From an uncultured Rhodobacteraceae bacterium (GTDB lineage Bacteria > Pseudomonadota > Alphaproteobacteria > Rhodobacterales > Rhodobacteraceae), in assembly GCA_947503965.1 (NCBI GenBank), contig CANNFU010000004.1, positions 364,654 to 428,653 of the forward strand: DNA of 64,000 nucleotides, read 5' to 3'. How positions within the stretch are numbered: position 1 is the first letter of the stretch; each line of letters starts with the position of its first letter. Of this stretch, positions 39,420-49,662 are shown piece by piece. The position numbers were made by a program, and so were the translations under genes. The notes beneath the pieces are model-generated. The model had not been told where the DNA came from. It worked only from the letters and a program-made list of their open reading frames with translations, and did not search any database.

Positions 39420-40082
39420 TCAGACTGTCACATTGCGCAAAGCATTTTGAACAGCCGCGAAATATGCACCCACTTGCTCACCATCGACCAGCGCATGATG
39501 CACCTCCAGCGTCATGGCCATGTCCCAGTGATCGCCCTGCTGCACAAACCGGCCCCATGTGACACGCGGAATGCAATCGTCCGGCCCCGGTAGTGCGTTG
39601 TTGATCGACGTGTAATCCAGCCAGGGCATGCAGGACAGATAGGCCAGGTCGTCGCGTTCGCCGCTATTGGCCTGCAAGGCGCCACCCGCTGCGACCTCAT
39701 CGATCAGCGCCTTGGCCTGCGCGTCAAATGCGGCAAAATCAGAAATATAAGGGACATAGGCGTAACCAAAACTGCCCGCATGTGTCGGTACGGTCATCGA
39801 TAGCGTGACCATATCGTGCCGCACCACCTGATTGCCGCGAAACCGCATGCAAAGTTCAGGCACCGCATGCAGCCCCGTACCAATCGCGTAAAGGCACGAT
39901 CTGTATGGCGAAATTCCGTTCGCCTTGCGCGCCATCACGTGACTGACATCCATGCGCGCCGTAACCGCATAATGCGGTTTCCGGTAGGTCCGGAAAAAGT
40001 GGAACTGCGCCGAACGCGGCCATGTTTCGAGATCGACGATATGTTCTGCCATAAGGCAGACAGTGTCAGATATCCTGCCCAC
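39420..40082 (-). CDS. chloramphenicol acetyltransferase (CAT, type A fold) family protein
   Basis: It has a CAT-like trimer-fold active-site region (VHHALVDGEQVGAYF, corresponding to the HHAVCDG motif). The likely start is MAEHIVDLETW at 40052. Confidence 0.6.
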   Translation of the reverse strand: MGRISDTVCLMAEHIVDLETWPRSAQFHFFRTYRKPHYAVTARMDVSHVMARKANGISPYRSCLYAIGTGLHAVPELCMRFRGNQVVRHDMVTLSMTVPTHAGSFGYAYVPYISDFAAFDAQAKALIDEVAAGGALQANSGERDDLAYLSCMPWLDYTSINNALPGPDDCIPRVTWGRFVQQGDHWDMAMTLEVHHALVDGEQVGAYFAAVQNALRNVTV

Positions 40083-40584
40083 GCTCCAGCAGTTCTTCGA
40101 TCAACTGACGTTGCAGATCACCGCTGTCACCGGCCCCGAATTGACCCGCACCACTGGTGTAAAGCGTGCCATAGGTTTTGGCGACATTTACCGTTTGCGC
40201 CACACCGGAAATCAGCTGATCCCGCTCCAACTCTTTGAACGGGTGAATGAAAATCCCCCAGAGGCGACCCTGCGCCACCGCATAGCGGGCATCCAGTGCG
40301 CTGTCGAAATTGGCCTGCATCACGCGCTGCATTTCCTCGGGCGTCATCCCGTCGGCAGACCGGATCGGGACCATCGCGCGCATCCGGTTGGCGCGTATAT
40401 CAAACACAATCAGGACCGGAATATCATCGATCTGGAATTCAAAGCTGTTGCCGGTGGTCCTTGCTTCGGGGTCCAGTGCCAACACAATCTCTGCCATACG
40501 GGGCAGGGTCATATGCGGCTCGGCCTCTTGGGCCGGGGCGGCGACAGGCAGCAGTAACACGACAAGGGCAAGAATACGGATCAT
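40066..40584 (-). CDS. hypothetical secreted protein
   Basis: 172 aa with signal peptide MIRILALVVLLLPVAAPAQEA. No known domain was recognised. Confidence 0.45.
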   Translation of the reverse strand: MIRILALVVLLLPVAAPAQEAEPHMTLPRMAEIVLALDPEARTTGNSFEFQIDDIPVLIVFDIRANRMRAMVPIRSADGMTPEEMQRVMQANFDSALDARYAVAQGRLWGIFIHPFKELERDQLISGVAQTVNVAKTYGTLYTSGAGQFGAGDSGDLQRQLIEELLERGQDI

Positions 40585-40662
40585 GGCAAAAACTCCTTTG
40601 CTGCCATGCTACACGTCAAAATTGCCAATTGCCTAAGCAACCTTTGGTGAAATTCTGAAACG

Positions 40663-41268
40663 CTACCGAGCGCGGTCGATGACAGCAATCGCTGCGGCAA
40701 CGGCGGCGTCGATGGTCAGATCAGAGGTGTCGATCAGCACTGCATCATCGGCCGGCACCAACGGGGCGGCAGCACGGGTCCGGTCGCGTTCGTCGCGTTC
40801 TTTGACGTCCGCCAGAACGGTATCATAGGTGATATCCATGCCCTTATCGGTCAGCTCTTTGAACCGCCGTTGTGCGCGACATTCCGGGCTGGCGGTGACA
40901 AACAGCTTCACATCTGCCTGCGGACAAATCACCGTTCCGATATCGCGCCCGTCCAATACGGCACCATCCGCCCGCATCGCAAACTGACGTTGAAACGTAA
41001 CCAAGGCCGCGCGCACATCAGGGATCACGGCCACTTCGCTGGCGGTTTGGGCGACGCGCGGCGTGCGTAGCGTACCGTCCTCTAGATCAACAGCATCAAG
41101 CGTTCGGGCAGCCTGCACCGGGTCCGCGCCCGCCAGAACCTTGGCCGCGACGGCCCTGTAAAGCAGCCCAGTATCCAGATGCGCAAAGCCGAAATGCGCA
41201 GCCACCGCCTTGGACAAGGTCCCTTTTCCCGCAGCGGCCGGCCCATCGATAGCAACGACAAAGGTCAC
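40663..41268 (-). CDS. cmk: (d)CMP kinase
   Basis: It begins [34 protein letters not shown] (P-loop). Confidence 0.9.
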   Translation of the reverse strand: MTFVVAIDGPAAAGKGTLSKAVAAHFGFAHLDTGLLYRAVAAKVLAGADPVQAARTLDAVDLEDGTLRTPRVAQTASEVAVIPDVRAALVTFQRQFAMRADGAVLDGRDIGTVICPQADVKLFVTASPECRAQRRFKELTDKGMDITYDTVLADVKERDERDRTRAAAPLVPADDAVLIDTSDLTIDAAVAAAIAVIDRAR

Positions 41269-42665
41269 GTGTTCCTGCGCACGATCTGCGCACCAAGCTG
41301 GGCCATCAGGCTTTCGAATATGGGGAAGGATGTCGCGATGGGCGATGCATCATCGACGCTTATCGGCTTTTGCGTGGCCATGCCCATGACCATGAATGCC
41401 ATTGCAATCCGGTGATCCAGCTCACTTGCAACCATTGCCCCACCCGGTACATTCCCATGCCCCAGCCCGGTGACCTTCCACCAATCAGGGCCTTCATCCA
41501 CAGTAACACCTGCCGCGCGCAGCCCTTTCGCCATCGCATCAATCCGGTCGCTTTCCTTGACGCGCAGTTCCTTGACGCCCTGCATGTCTGTCACACCGTC
41601 CGCAAAACACGCCACGACCGACAGCACCGGGTATTCATCAATCATGCTGGCGGCCCGTTCGGGCGGCACCGCGATGCCTTTCAGATCGGGCGAGAATTTG
41701 GCGCGCAGATCGGCAACAGGTTCGCCCCCTTCTTCGCGCATGTTTTCATAGGTCAGGTCTGCGCCCATCTCTTGCAGCGTTGTGAAAAGACCGGCCCGCG
41801 TTGGGTTCAACCCGATATTGGGGACCAGCACATCCGAACCGGGTGTGATGATTGCGGCACAGACCGGAAACGCGGCAGAGGACGGATCGCGCGGCACAAC
41901 GATGCTTTGTGGCGTCAGTTCAGGCTGGCCGGTCAGGGTGATCACACGGCCCTCATCCGTTTCCTGCACCGTCAGCTCCGCGCCGAAACCCTGCAACATA
42001 CGTTCGGTATGGTCGCGGGTCGCTTCCTTTTCGATCACCACTGTCTGCCCGGGGGCATTCAACCCCGCCAGCAAAACAGCCGATTTCACCTGTGCGGACG
42101 GCACCGGCACTTCGTAGCGGACAGGGATCGGATCAGCCGCGCCGACAACCGTCATCGGCAAACGCCCACCCTGCCGACCCACGGCTTGCGTGCCAAACAG
42201 AGCCAGCGGCTCTGTCACGCGCCCCATCGGACGACCATTCAATGACGCATCCCCGGTGAATGTCACGGTGATCGGCGATGTCGCGACGGCCCCCATGATC
42301 AAGCGCACACCGGTGCCGGAATTGCCGCAGTCGATCACATTCTCGGGTTCTGCAAAGCCACCAACACCCACGCCCTGCACGGTCCATTCGCCATCTCCGT
42401 GATCGGTCACTGTCGCACCAAAGGCGCGCATCGCCTTGGCGGTATCCAGCACGTCCTCACCCTCTAACAAGCCGGTGATATGTGTCTCGCCCACGCACAT
42501 CGCACCCAGGATCAGCGACCGGTGCGAGATTGATTTATCACCCGGTACATGCGCGATGCCTTTCAGCGGCCCGCAAGGCCGGGATGTCATAGGTATAGGG
42601 GTGCCATGGCCGGACATGGGGCAGTTCCTTTTTGCTTTGCCCGCCTGATAGCGGAGGCGCTGCAC
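41265..42665 (-). CDS. aroA: 3-phosphoshikimate 1-carboxyvinyltransferase (EPSP synthase)
   Basis: It has EPSPS motifs ([16 protein letters not shown]....). The likely start is about 42617. There is a 4-bp overlap with cmk. Confidence 0.9.
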   Translation of the reverse strand: MQRLRYQAGKAKRNCPMSGHGTPIPMTSRPCGPLKGIAHVPGDKSISHRSLILGAMCVGETHITGLLEGEDVLDTAKAMRAFGATVTDHGDGEWTVQGVGVGGFAEPENVIDCGNSGTGVRLIMGAVATSPITVTFTGDASLNGRPMGRVTEPLALFGTQAVGRQGGRLPMTVVGAADPIPVRYEVPVPSAQVKSAVLLAGLNAPGQTVVIEKEATRDHTERMLQGFGAELTVQETDEGRVITLTGQPELTPQSIVVPRDPSSAAFPVCAAIITPGSDVLVPNIGLNPTRAGLFTTLQEMGADLTYENMREEGGEPVADLRAKFSPDLKGIAVPPERAASMIDEYPVLSVVACFADGVTDMQGVKELRVKESDRIDAMAKGLRAAGVTVDEGPDWWKVTGLGHGNVPGGAMVASELDHRIAMAFMVMGMATQKPISVDDASPIATSFPIFESLMAQLGAQIVRRNT

Positions 42666-42674
42666 AGGGTCCAG

Positions 42675-43454
42675 TCAGGCCTTGCGAAAGGTCAGATAAT
42701 GGGGTGTGCGCCCTTCGCGCAGGGCTTTTTGTTCGTATCGCGTCGACAGCCAGTCATCCCAAGGTTTCCGCCAGTCGTCGGGCCGCTCTGCCAGCCAGTC
42801 GAAGCCGTGACGCGGGACCTGTTCAAGCGTCTGGCGCACATAGTCCGGAATGTCCGTGGCAACACGCAATTCCGCGCCCGGTTTCATCACACGGTGCAGC
42901 GGTTCAAGATGTTCAGGCGTGACGAACCGCCGACGATGATGGCGTTTCTTGGGCCAGGGATCGGGGTAGTTCAGGAAAACCTTGCTGAGCGAGTGATCAG
43001 GCAGAACATCGAACAGGTCGCGCACATCACCGGGATGCACCCGCAGGTTATCCACGTCCGCCTTACGGATCTTGCCCAGCAGCATCGCCACACCGTTGAT
43101 AAACGGCTCACACCCGATCAAGCCGATATCTGGATAGGTTTCAGCCATATGGACCAGATGTTCACCGCCGCCAAAGCCGATCTCAAGCCAGATATCCTTG
43201 CCACCAAACAGGGCGTTCACATCCAGCGGGGTGCGATCGGGGTTGTCGTCCCAACTGATCGGCCCGGGGGACAATGGCACAAGGTCATTGTCAAGATAAT
43301 CGTGTTGGCTGGCCCGAATAGTCTTGCCCTTGAACCGGCCATAAAAATTTCGCCAGGGGGCACCGGATGGATGATTGGTCTTGCTCATAGGCCGGGCTTT
43401 ACCAAGCGGGCGTGCGGGGTGCAATTCAATCAACAGCACCCGACCGAAGGCCAA
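42675..43454 (-). CDS. trmB: tRNA (guanine46-N7)-methyltransferase
   Basis: TrmB fold (IWLEIGFGGGEHLVHMAETYPDIGLIGCEPF). The likely start is MSKTNHPSG at 43388. Confidence 0.85.
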   Translation of the reverse strand: MAFGRVLLIELHPARPLGKARPMSKTNHPSGAPWRNFYGRFKGKTIRASQHDYLDNDLVPLSPGPISWDDNPDRTPLDVNALFGGKDIWLEIGFGGGEHLVHMAETYPDIGLIGCEPFINGVAMLLGKIRKADVDNLRVHPGDVRDLFDVLPDHSLSKVFLNYPDPWPKKRHHRRRFVTPEHLEPLHRVMKPGAELRVATDIPDYVRQTLEQVPRHGFDWLAERPDDWRKPWDDWLSTRYEQKALREGRTPHYLTFRKA

Positions 43455-43662
43455 GGGTCGTTAGCGTGGTCGCAATCTGCGTAATGCAGATAGAACACAA
43501 GCAGGTTATCGCTGATCAGCGAGCGAGTTGTGGCCACCAAAAACTTTTACAATCACAGGGTATATTGAAATGGAAAAAACGCCGAGATAACCCAAAAATA
43601 CGATCATGGTTTCTTTTGTAACGAGTGAAAACCGTTTCAAATCAAACTGAAGGATCAAAAAT

Positions 43663-44172
43663 ATGACGACCCAGAATTCAATCAGCAACCTGTCCGAAAT
43701 TGGTGCAGCATTACAAGTCGCTGCGCTGAACAGCTTTGTTGACGTATTCGAATTTCTAGTTGTTGACAATGTGACGACCAACGAAAACACCATCAATACA
43801 GATGGCTATTCGTTTCTGACGTCTGATGTCCCGTTTTTCGATGAAACCGTTACGATTGTTCTCGATACAGGCGATGATAATGACCCTAATGCGAACAATG
43901 CCCTCGAAGAGTCGACCGGCGTCGACTTTGAATGGTTGGCGATTACAACCGGCGACGACGGTATTATCGACAGCCAAGTTACGATGTTAGACAATGGGCT
44001 TTTGAACATCACTGAATATAACGAAGACGGCACAGCCGCGCTGACATCGACATTCTACGATCTGGACGACACGGAGGAATGGTCAATTCTTCAAGTCGAC
44101 GCCGATGGCAATGTGACAGAAATCCCGGACTTTGAATTCTCGTTCTTCCAAACATTTGATTTTGGCTTCTAA
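43663..44172 (+). CDS. hypothetical acidic protein (pI about 3.5), AT-rich orphan gene
   Basis: 169 aa, rich in D/E/T/N, with no signal peptide. GC is about 42% against about 60% background. It has an AT-rich promoter region and its own terminator. Confidence 0.5.
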   Translation: MTTQNSISNLSEIGAALQVAALNSFVDVFEFLVVDNVTTNENTINTDGYSFLTSDVPFFDETVTIVLDTGDDNDPNANNALEESTGVDFEWLAITTGDDGIIDSQVTMLDNGLLNITEYNEDGTAALTSTFYDLDDTEEWSILQVDADGNVTEIPDFEFSFFQTFDFGF

Positions 44173-44204
44173 GCCAAATCGCTCTCACTGCGACAAATGA
44201 ATAA

Positions 44205-44231
44205 GGGCAGCACCATTTTCTGGTGCTGCCC
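44205..44231. terminator. bidirectional intrinsic terminator (orphan gene / metK)
   Basis: GGGCAGCACCattttcTGGTGCTGCCC. Confidence 0.6.
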
Positions 44232-44291
44232 TGTCAATTTCAGCTTTATGCAATTTGGCAACTCATGCGCCAAGGGAACGCGGTTCTCGCA

Positions 44292-45488
44292 TCAAACAGC
44301 GCGTTTCAGCGCTTCCACCAGATCGGTTTGCTCCCAGCTGAACCCGCCATCCGCATCCGGTTCGCGTCCGAAATGGCCGTAGGCCGCGGTACGTTCATAG
44401 ATCGGTTTGTTCAGGTGCAGATGCTGCCGGATACCGCGCGGGGTCAGGTCCATGACCTGCGCGATCGCGCGTTCAATCGCCTCTGGATCAACCTCGCCAG
44501 TTTCATGCGTGTTGGCATAGATCGACAAAGGCTTGGCGACCCCAATCGCATAGCTCAGCTGGATGGTGCAGCGTTCGGCCATACCAGCGGCAACGACGTT
44601 CTTGGCCAGATAACGCGCGGCATAGGCGGCAGAGCGGTCCACCTTGGTCGGGTCCTTGCCGGAGAAAGCACCACCACCATGCGGGGCGGCACCGCCATAG
44701 GTGTCCACGATAATCTTGCGCCCGGTCAGGCCCGCATCCCCGTCAGGGCCGCCGATAACGAATGTCCCGGTGGGGTTCACCCACCATTCCGTATTCGCCG
44801 TGATCAGACCATCAGGCAGCACTTCGCGGATATAAGGTTCGACAATGGCGCGGATATCGGCGCTGGTCTGGCTTTCCAGTTCGTGCTGCGTGGATAGCAC
44901 AATTGACGTCACCTCGACCGGTTTGCCACCGGCATAGCGCAATGACACCTGACTTTTGGCGTCGGGGCGCAATGTGGGCTGTTCGCCGGATTTGCGGACC
45001 TCGGCCAGACGGCGCAGGATCGCATGGGCGTACTGGATCGGGGCCGGCATCAGCGCGTCGGTCTCGGTCGTGGCATAGCCAAACATGATGCCCTGATCAC
45101 CGGCACCTTCGTCCTTGTCCTCGGCTGCATTCACGCCCTGCGCGATATGTGCAGATTGTTCGTGCAACAGGTTCGTCACCTTGCATGTCGCATGGTGGAA
45201 CTTGTCCTGCTCATACCCGATATCTTTGATGCAGGCGCGCGCGATGTCATCAACGCGGGCCATATAATCCTTGAGCTTTGTCTGGTCTGAAAGACCAACC
45301 TCACCCCCGATCACGACCCGGTTTGTTGTGGCAAATGTTTCGCAGGCAACCCGTGCTTCGGGTTCTTCGGCTAGAAATGCGTCCAGCACCGCGTCAGAGA
45401 TACGGTCGCAGACCTTATCTGGGTGGCCTTCGGACACGGATTCCGAAGTGAAAATGTAGTCTTGTCGTGCCATGGGGATGTGCTCCAA
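44292..45488 (-). CDS. metK: S-adenosylmethionine synthetase
   Basis: It begins ...[31 protein letters not shown]. The likely start is MARQ at about 45473. Confidence 0.95.
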   Translation of the reverse strand: MEHIPMARQDYIFTSESVSEGHPDKVCDRISDAVLDAFLAEEPEARVACETFATTNRVVIGGEVGLSDQTKLKDYMARVDDIARACIKDIGYEQDKFHHATCKVTNLLHEQSAHIAQGVNAAEDKDEGAGDQGIMFGYATTETDALMPAPIQYAHAILRRLAEVRKSGEQPTLRPDAKSQVSLRYAGGKPVEVTSIVLSTQHELESQTSADIRAIVEPYIREVLPDGLITANTEWWVNPTGTFVIGGPDGDAGLTGRKIIVDTYGGAAPHGGGAFSGKDPTKVDRSAAYAARYLAKNVVAAGMAERCTIQLSYAIGVAKPLSIYANTHETGEVDPEAIERAIAQVMDLTPRGIRQHLHLNKPIYERTAAYGHFGREPDADGGFSWEQTDLVEALKRAV

Positions 45489-45561
45489 TAAAATTAACTG
45501 CCACGTCAGGAAGCCGTTGTGACAGAACCGACCCCGGCTCTATGAGGTCAGATCACCAAGG

Positions 45562-47130
45562 TCAATCGTTATTCCGCCTGCGCATCGCGTAACGCCCAAG
45601 CGTTAACAAAAGAAGCACAGCAAAGACGGGCCAATCACCCCATGCGACATAAAGTGTCGGCGGCAAGGCCGCAGGTAGCGCCACATCCAGCGCGCCATCG
45701 ACACCCAGCGGCAGGCTATCAATAATCCGCCCTTTGGAATCGATCATCGCACTGATCCCGGTATTGGCCACGCGGACCATCGGCAATCCCTGTTCGATCG
45801 CACGAAGCCGGGCCTGGGCGAGGTGCTGATAGGGGCCTGCTGCCTCTCCGAACCAGGCATCATTGGTGATCAACAGCAACAACCGGGCACGGTCACCGCC
45901 ATCGGTGATTTCCTCGGCAAAGATGCCTTCGTAGCAGATCAGCGGAATAGCCCCGCCGATGCCGGGCAGCATCACAGGGCCTGGCGTTGTTCCAGGCGTG
46001 AACCCCGAACCCAGATTGCGGGCAAGCCCCGTGGCCCCTACCCGTCCAAGCAATCGCGCGCCGGGAATGTATTCCCCAAAAGGAACCAGATGCTGCTTGT
46101 CATAGATGGTCTGCACCTGTCCGCCGGGGCCCATCACAACAAGGCTGTTGAAAAACTGCCGGTCCTGATCAAGGCGCTGAATGCCAAACACCAGCGGTGC
46201 ACCGCGGGCCGCATCCGACAAAAGGCGCATATCATCTTCGATATGGTTGAGCAGATAGGGCACAGCCGTTTCAGGCCAGACAACCAGATCAGGCGTATCA
46301 CCTGCGCTGGTCAAATTGATCAGCCGGTTCACGAACACATCACGAAACGCAGGGTCCCATTTTTGATGCTGCGGTGCATTGGGCTGAACGATGCGGACAA
46401 TGGGCAGGTCGTTCACAGATACGGGCGGGCCCACCGGACCCGAATGCGCCGGGGCCAGCACATCGGCACCAATGACCAAAACCCCAAGTATCGCCGCACC
46501 CTTGATCCATTTGCCGTGCAAGATCATGACGATAGCCCAAGCCGCCAAAATAGTCAGCAGTGTCAACAGATGCGGCCCGCCATAGGCCGCGGCCTGCGCC
46601 AAAGAGGTCGTGATCCAGATATGACCCAAAAGCGCCCACGGAAACCCCGTCAGGATCAGCGAACGCGTCACCTCTGCAAGGACCAGCACCAACCCAAAAA
46701 ACAGCATCGACCCGGGCGCGCATTTCTTGGCCAAAAAGGCCGCCAGCGCCCAGAACAATCCGGCGCCTGAGGCCATCAGCGCAAGCGCAAAGGGCGCCAT
46801 CCAGCCATGCCTGGCAATATCAACCAGAAACGGCTCAATAATCCAGCGCAGGCTGAAGGCGAAATATCCGACGCCAAAGGCCCACGCATGAAACGCCGCT
46901 TGCTTTGGCGCAACACTGTGACGCAACACCAACAATAAGAAAGCCAAGGCCAGTATCGTCGCGGGCCACAGGTCAAGCGGGGCCTGACCAAAACCGGCAA
47001 AAACGCCCAGCAGCGCCAACGCAGCAAAGCGTACCCAGCGCGGACGGTCCGAAATCTGCAGAATGATGCTAGCCACGCGCAGTGTTCGGCAACCAGACGC
47101 GCAACCGCTTGATCCGGCGGGGATCGGCAT
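45562..47130 (-). CDS. lnt: apolipoprotein N-acyltransferase
   Basis: It has multi-TM N-terminal and CN-hydrolase C-terminal domains. The likely true start is the GTG at about 47034 (VRFAALALLG), which removes the overlap with corC. Confidence 0.85.
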   Translation of the reverse strand: MPIPAGSSGCASGCRTLRVASIILQISDRPRWVRFAALALLGVFAGFGQAPLDLWPATILALAFLLLVLRHSVAPKQAAFHAWAFGVGYFAFSLRWIIEPFLVDIARHGWMAPFALALMASGAGLFWALAAFLAKKCAPGSMLFFGLVLVLAEVTRSLILTGFPWALLGHIWITTSLAQAAAYGGPHLLTLLTILAAWAIVMILHGKWIKGAAILGVLVIGADVLAPAHSGPVGPPVSVNDLPIVRIVQPNAPQHQKWDPAFRDVFVNRLINLTSAGDTPDLVVWPETAVPYLLNHIEDDMRLLSDAARGAPLVFGIQRLDQDRQFFNSLVVMGPGGQVQTIYDKQHLVPFGEYIPGARLLGRVGATGLARNLGSGFTPGTTPGPVMLPGIGGAIPLICYEGIFAEEITDGGDRARLLLLITNDAWFGEAAGPYQHLAQARLRAIEQGLPMVRVANTGISAMIDSKGRIIDSLPLGVDGALDVALPAALPPTLYVAWGDWPVFAVLLLLTLGRYAMRRRNND

Positions 47131-47956
47131 CGACCACTTCGAATTCGGGACCTTCGGGATGCACGATCACCTCACCGCGGGCAGGCAGATGGCCGGCCAG
47201 CAGGGTCACCAGCCCGCCAAGCGTGTCGATCTCTTCCTCGTCGATGTCATCATGTTCGGTCAGGTTCATCCCGATCTCTTCTTCGAAATCGTCCAGATCG
47301 GTGCGGGCCTGCGCCAGATAACAGCCGGGCTTTTCCATCACCCAGCTTTTGGCCTCTTCGATGTCGTGTTCATCCTCAATCTCGCCCACGACCTGTTCGA
47401 TCACGTCCTCAATCGTCACCAGACCGTCGGTGCCGCCATATTCATCAATGACCAGTGCCATATGGGTGCGTTCAGCCTGCATCTTTTGCAAAAGCACACC
47501 AAGCGGCATGGAAGGGGGCACGTAGATCAAGGGGCGGGCCAGTTCGCGCAGGTCCAGATCGGGGCTTTCGCCATTAAACCCATGACGCAGGGCAAAATCC
47601 TTCAGGCTGACAAAGCCGATGGGCGTATCCAGTGTGCCGTCATAGACCGGCAGGCGGGTCAGGCCGCAATCGCGAAAGGTGCTGACCAGTTCATCACGGG
47701 TGATTGTCACGGCAACGGCCACGATGTCGGGTTTGGGAACCGCCACATCCTCGACCCGCATCCGGCGCAGGTTGAGCATACCAAGCACAGACCCCGCTGC
47801 CCGCGTCACCTCATCGGGCACATCATCGTGAACCTCGGGGGTTGCGGGGGGCAAAATTGCATCGCGCACCCGGGCGAACAGGCCCGGGGTTTTGTCTGTC
47901 TGGTCCGTTTGCGCGCCCTGCGCTGCGATAGATGGACCTTCGTCAGTGTCGCCCAT
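47069..47956 (-). CDS. corC: CBS-domain hemolysin-family / CorC Mg2+/Co2+ efflux-associated protein
   Basis: It has a CBS pair plus a CorC_HlyC C-terminal domain. Confidence 0.85.
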   Translation of the reverse strand: MGDTDEGPSIAAQGAQTDQTDKTPGLFARVRDAILPPATPEVHDDVPDEVTRAAGSVLGMLNLRRMRVEDVAVPKPDIVAVAVTITRDELVSTFRDCGLTRLPVYDGTLDTPIGFVSLKDFALRHGFNGESPDLDLRELARPLIYVPPSMPLGVLLQKMQAERTHMALVIDEYGGTDGLVTIEDVIEQVVGEIEDEHDIEEAKSWVMEKPGCYLAQARTDLDDFEEEIGMNLTEHDDIDEEEIDTLGGLVTLLAGHLPARGEVIVHPEGPEFEVVDADPRRIKRLRVWLPNTARG

Positions 47957-47989
47957 TTTTCCCTTACCTATGTGGGCGTAACTGCCCGG

Positions 47990-48478
47990 TTATTCCTTAT
48001 ATGGGTCAGATATACCCAGTTTGCCAAGTATCTCTGTTTCCAAACCTTCCATCAAGATCGCGTCACGCTCACGTTCATGATCAAAACCCAGCAGATGAAG
48101 TGTGCCGTGGACAAGTAAATGAATGGCATGGTCGTGCAGTGATTTGCCTGCGACCGCTGCTTCCTTTGCGCATGTATCATAGGCGATGGCAATATCACCC
48201 AGCGCATTGTCCGGTACTGGCTGCGGGGGCAGCGGCATTTCGCCATCCACCGCAGCGGCGCGTTCATCCGACGGCCAGCTCAGCACATTGGTTGGCCGGG
48301 GTTTCGCGCGAAAATCCTGATTCAGCACCGCAATGCGGGCATCGTCACACGCGAGGATGCTGATCTCAAAAACCGATGGTTCCAGGCCAAGCCGTTCAAG
48401 TGCCGCGTCGGTGGCGGTCTGCGCGAGCGCTTCGACATCACCCCAGCGCGGGTCTTCGACCACGCAATCAACGCTCAC
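47990..48478 (-). CDS. ybeY: rRNA maturation RNase YbeY
   Basis: It carries the HGTLHLLGFDH metal-binding motif. Confidence 0.9.
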   Translation of the reverse strand: MSVDCVVEDPRWGDVEALAQTATDAALERLGLEPSVFEISILACDDARIAVLNQDFRAKPRPTNVLSWPSDERAAAVDGEMPLPPQPVPDNALGDIAIAYDTCAKEAAVAGKSLHDHAIHLLVHGTLHLLGFDHERERDAILMEGLETEILGKLGISDPYKE

Positions 48479-49488
48479 TTGGCATCGTCCGCCTCGTAAG
48501 CCTCAATAATCGCGGCAACCAATGGGTGGCGCACCACATCCTTGGACGTGAAGTAGTTGAAGCTGATCTTGGGGATATTCTTCAACAAACGCTCTGCATC
48601 CCACAGGCCGGAGTTCACGCCGCGTGGCAGGTCGATCTGGGTGCGGTCCCCGGTGATAACCATGCGCGAACCTTCACCCAAGCGGGTCAGGAACATCTTC
48701 ATCTGCATGGTGGTGGCATTCTGCGCCTCGTCCAGCACCACAAAGGCGTTCGACAATGTGCGCCCCCGCATGAAAGCAAGCGGTGCGATCTCGATGATCT
48801 TCTCTTCCATCATCTTGGCCGATTGCTTGCCTGGCAGAAAATCGTTCAGCGCGTCATAAAGCGGCTGCATGTAGGGGTCGACCTTGTCCTTCATGTCGCC
48901 GGGCAGATAGCCCAGCTTTTCGCCCGCCTCGACCGCCGGGCGGGACAGGATGATCTTGTCCACATGGCCGCTGATCAGCATGTTCACACCTACGGCCACC
49001 GCCAGATAGGTCTTGCCCGTCCCCGCCGGGCCAATGCCAAAGGCCAGTTCGTTGTCAAACAGCGATTTCACATAAGCCTTTTGTGCATCGGTGCGCGGTT
49101 CGATCAGCTTCTTGCGGGTCTTGATTTCGACGCGCGCAATCTCGCCCCTGAACATCTCGATCTGGTCGGCATCGGCAACCGGGTCGAACGTGTTATCCGG
49201 CCCCATACGCAATTCGCGGTCCAGATCGCCCGGCTCCAGCGTGCGCCCCGCCTCTAACCGGGTGTAAAGTGACTGCAACACCTGGGTGGCATCATGGCGC
49301 GGCCCGTCCTCGCCGATGACAGCCAACTGATTGCCGCGGCGCAGGATTTGCACATTCAGCTTGTCTTCGATGGTCGTGAGATTGCGGTCATATTCACCGC
49401 AAAGATCAATCAACAGGAAGTTGTCGGGGAATTCCAGCAGGGATTCATTGACGGGGTCAGCGGGTGGGGTCAGGGCACCAGTGGCCAA
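48475..49488 (-). CDS. phoH: PhoH-family ATPase (YbeZ-like)
   Basis: Walker A GPAGTGKTYLAVA. There is a 4-bp overlap with ybeY. Confidence 0.9.
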   Translation of the reverse strand: MATGALTPPADPVNESLLEFPDNFLLIDLCGEYDRNLTTIEDKLNVQILRRGNQLAVIGEDGPRHDATQVLQSLYTRLEAGRTLEPGDLDRELRMGPDNTFDPVADADQIEMFRGEIARVEIKTRKKLIEPRTDAQKAYVKSLFDNELAFGIGPAGTGKTYLAVAVGVNMLISGHVDKIILSRPAVEAGEKLGYLPGDMKDKVDPYMQPLYDALNDFLPGKQSAKMMEEKIIEIAPLAFMRGRTLSNAFVVLDEAQNATTMQMKMFLTRLGEGSRMVITGDRTQIDLPRGVNSGLWDAERLLKNIPKISFNYFTSKDVVRHPLVAAIIEAYEADDAK

Positions 49489-49613
49489 ACAGCTCTCCTT
49501 TGAGTCTAGATGTAACTATCGTGGCAAGTCCGACCGCAAGGCGCAAGCGGTGATGGCGGATTGTCACGGATTTGATACGAAATTCAGCACGAAACGATGC
49601 AACGGGCGCAAAT

Positions 49614-49657
49614 CAGACTTTTCGAAAAGTCTGAACAAATTCCTTCAAAGGAATTTG
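49614..49657. repeat. REP/BIME-like double palindrome (copy B)
   Basis: CAGACTTTTCGAAAAGTCTG followed by CAAATTCCTTCAAAGGAATTTG. Its second half is near-identical to the copy at 27674-27695. Confidence 0.6.
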
Positions 49658-49662
49658 CCGCA

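Noticed and set aside
45489-45561. Possible SAM-II/SAM-V riboswitch in the short metK leader
   Set aside because: The 73-nt leader lacks the conserved AAAGC and pseudoknot elements of SAM-II as far as can be judged by eye. A covariance-model search would be needed before any claim.
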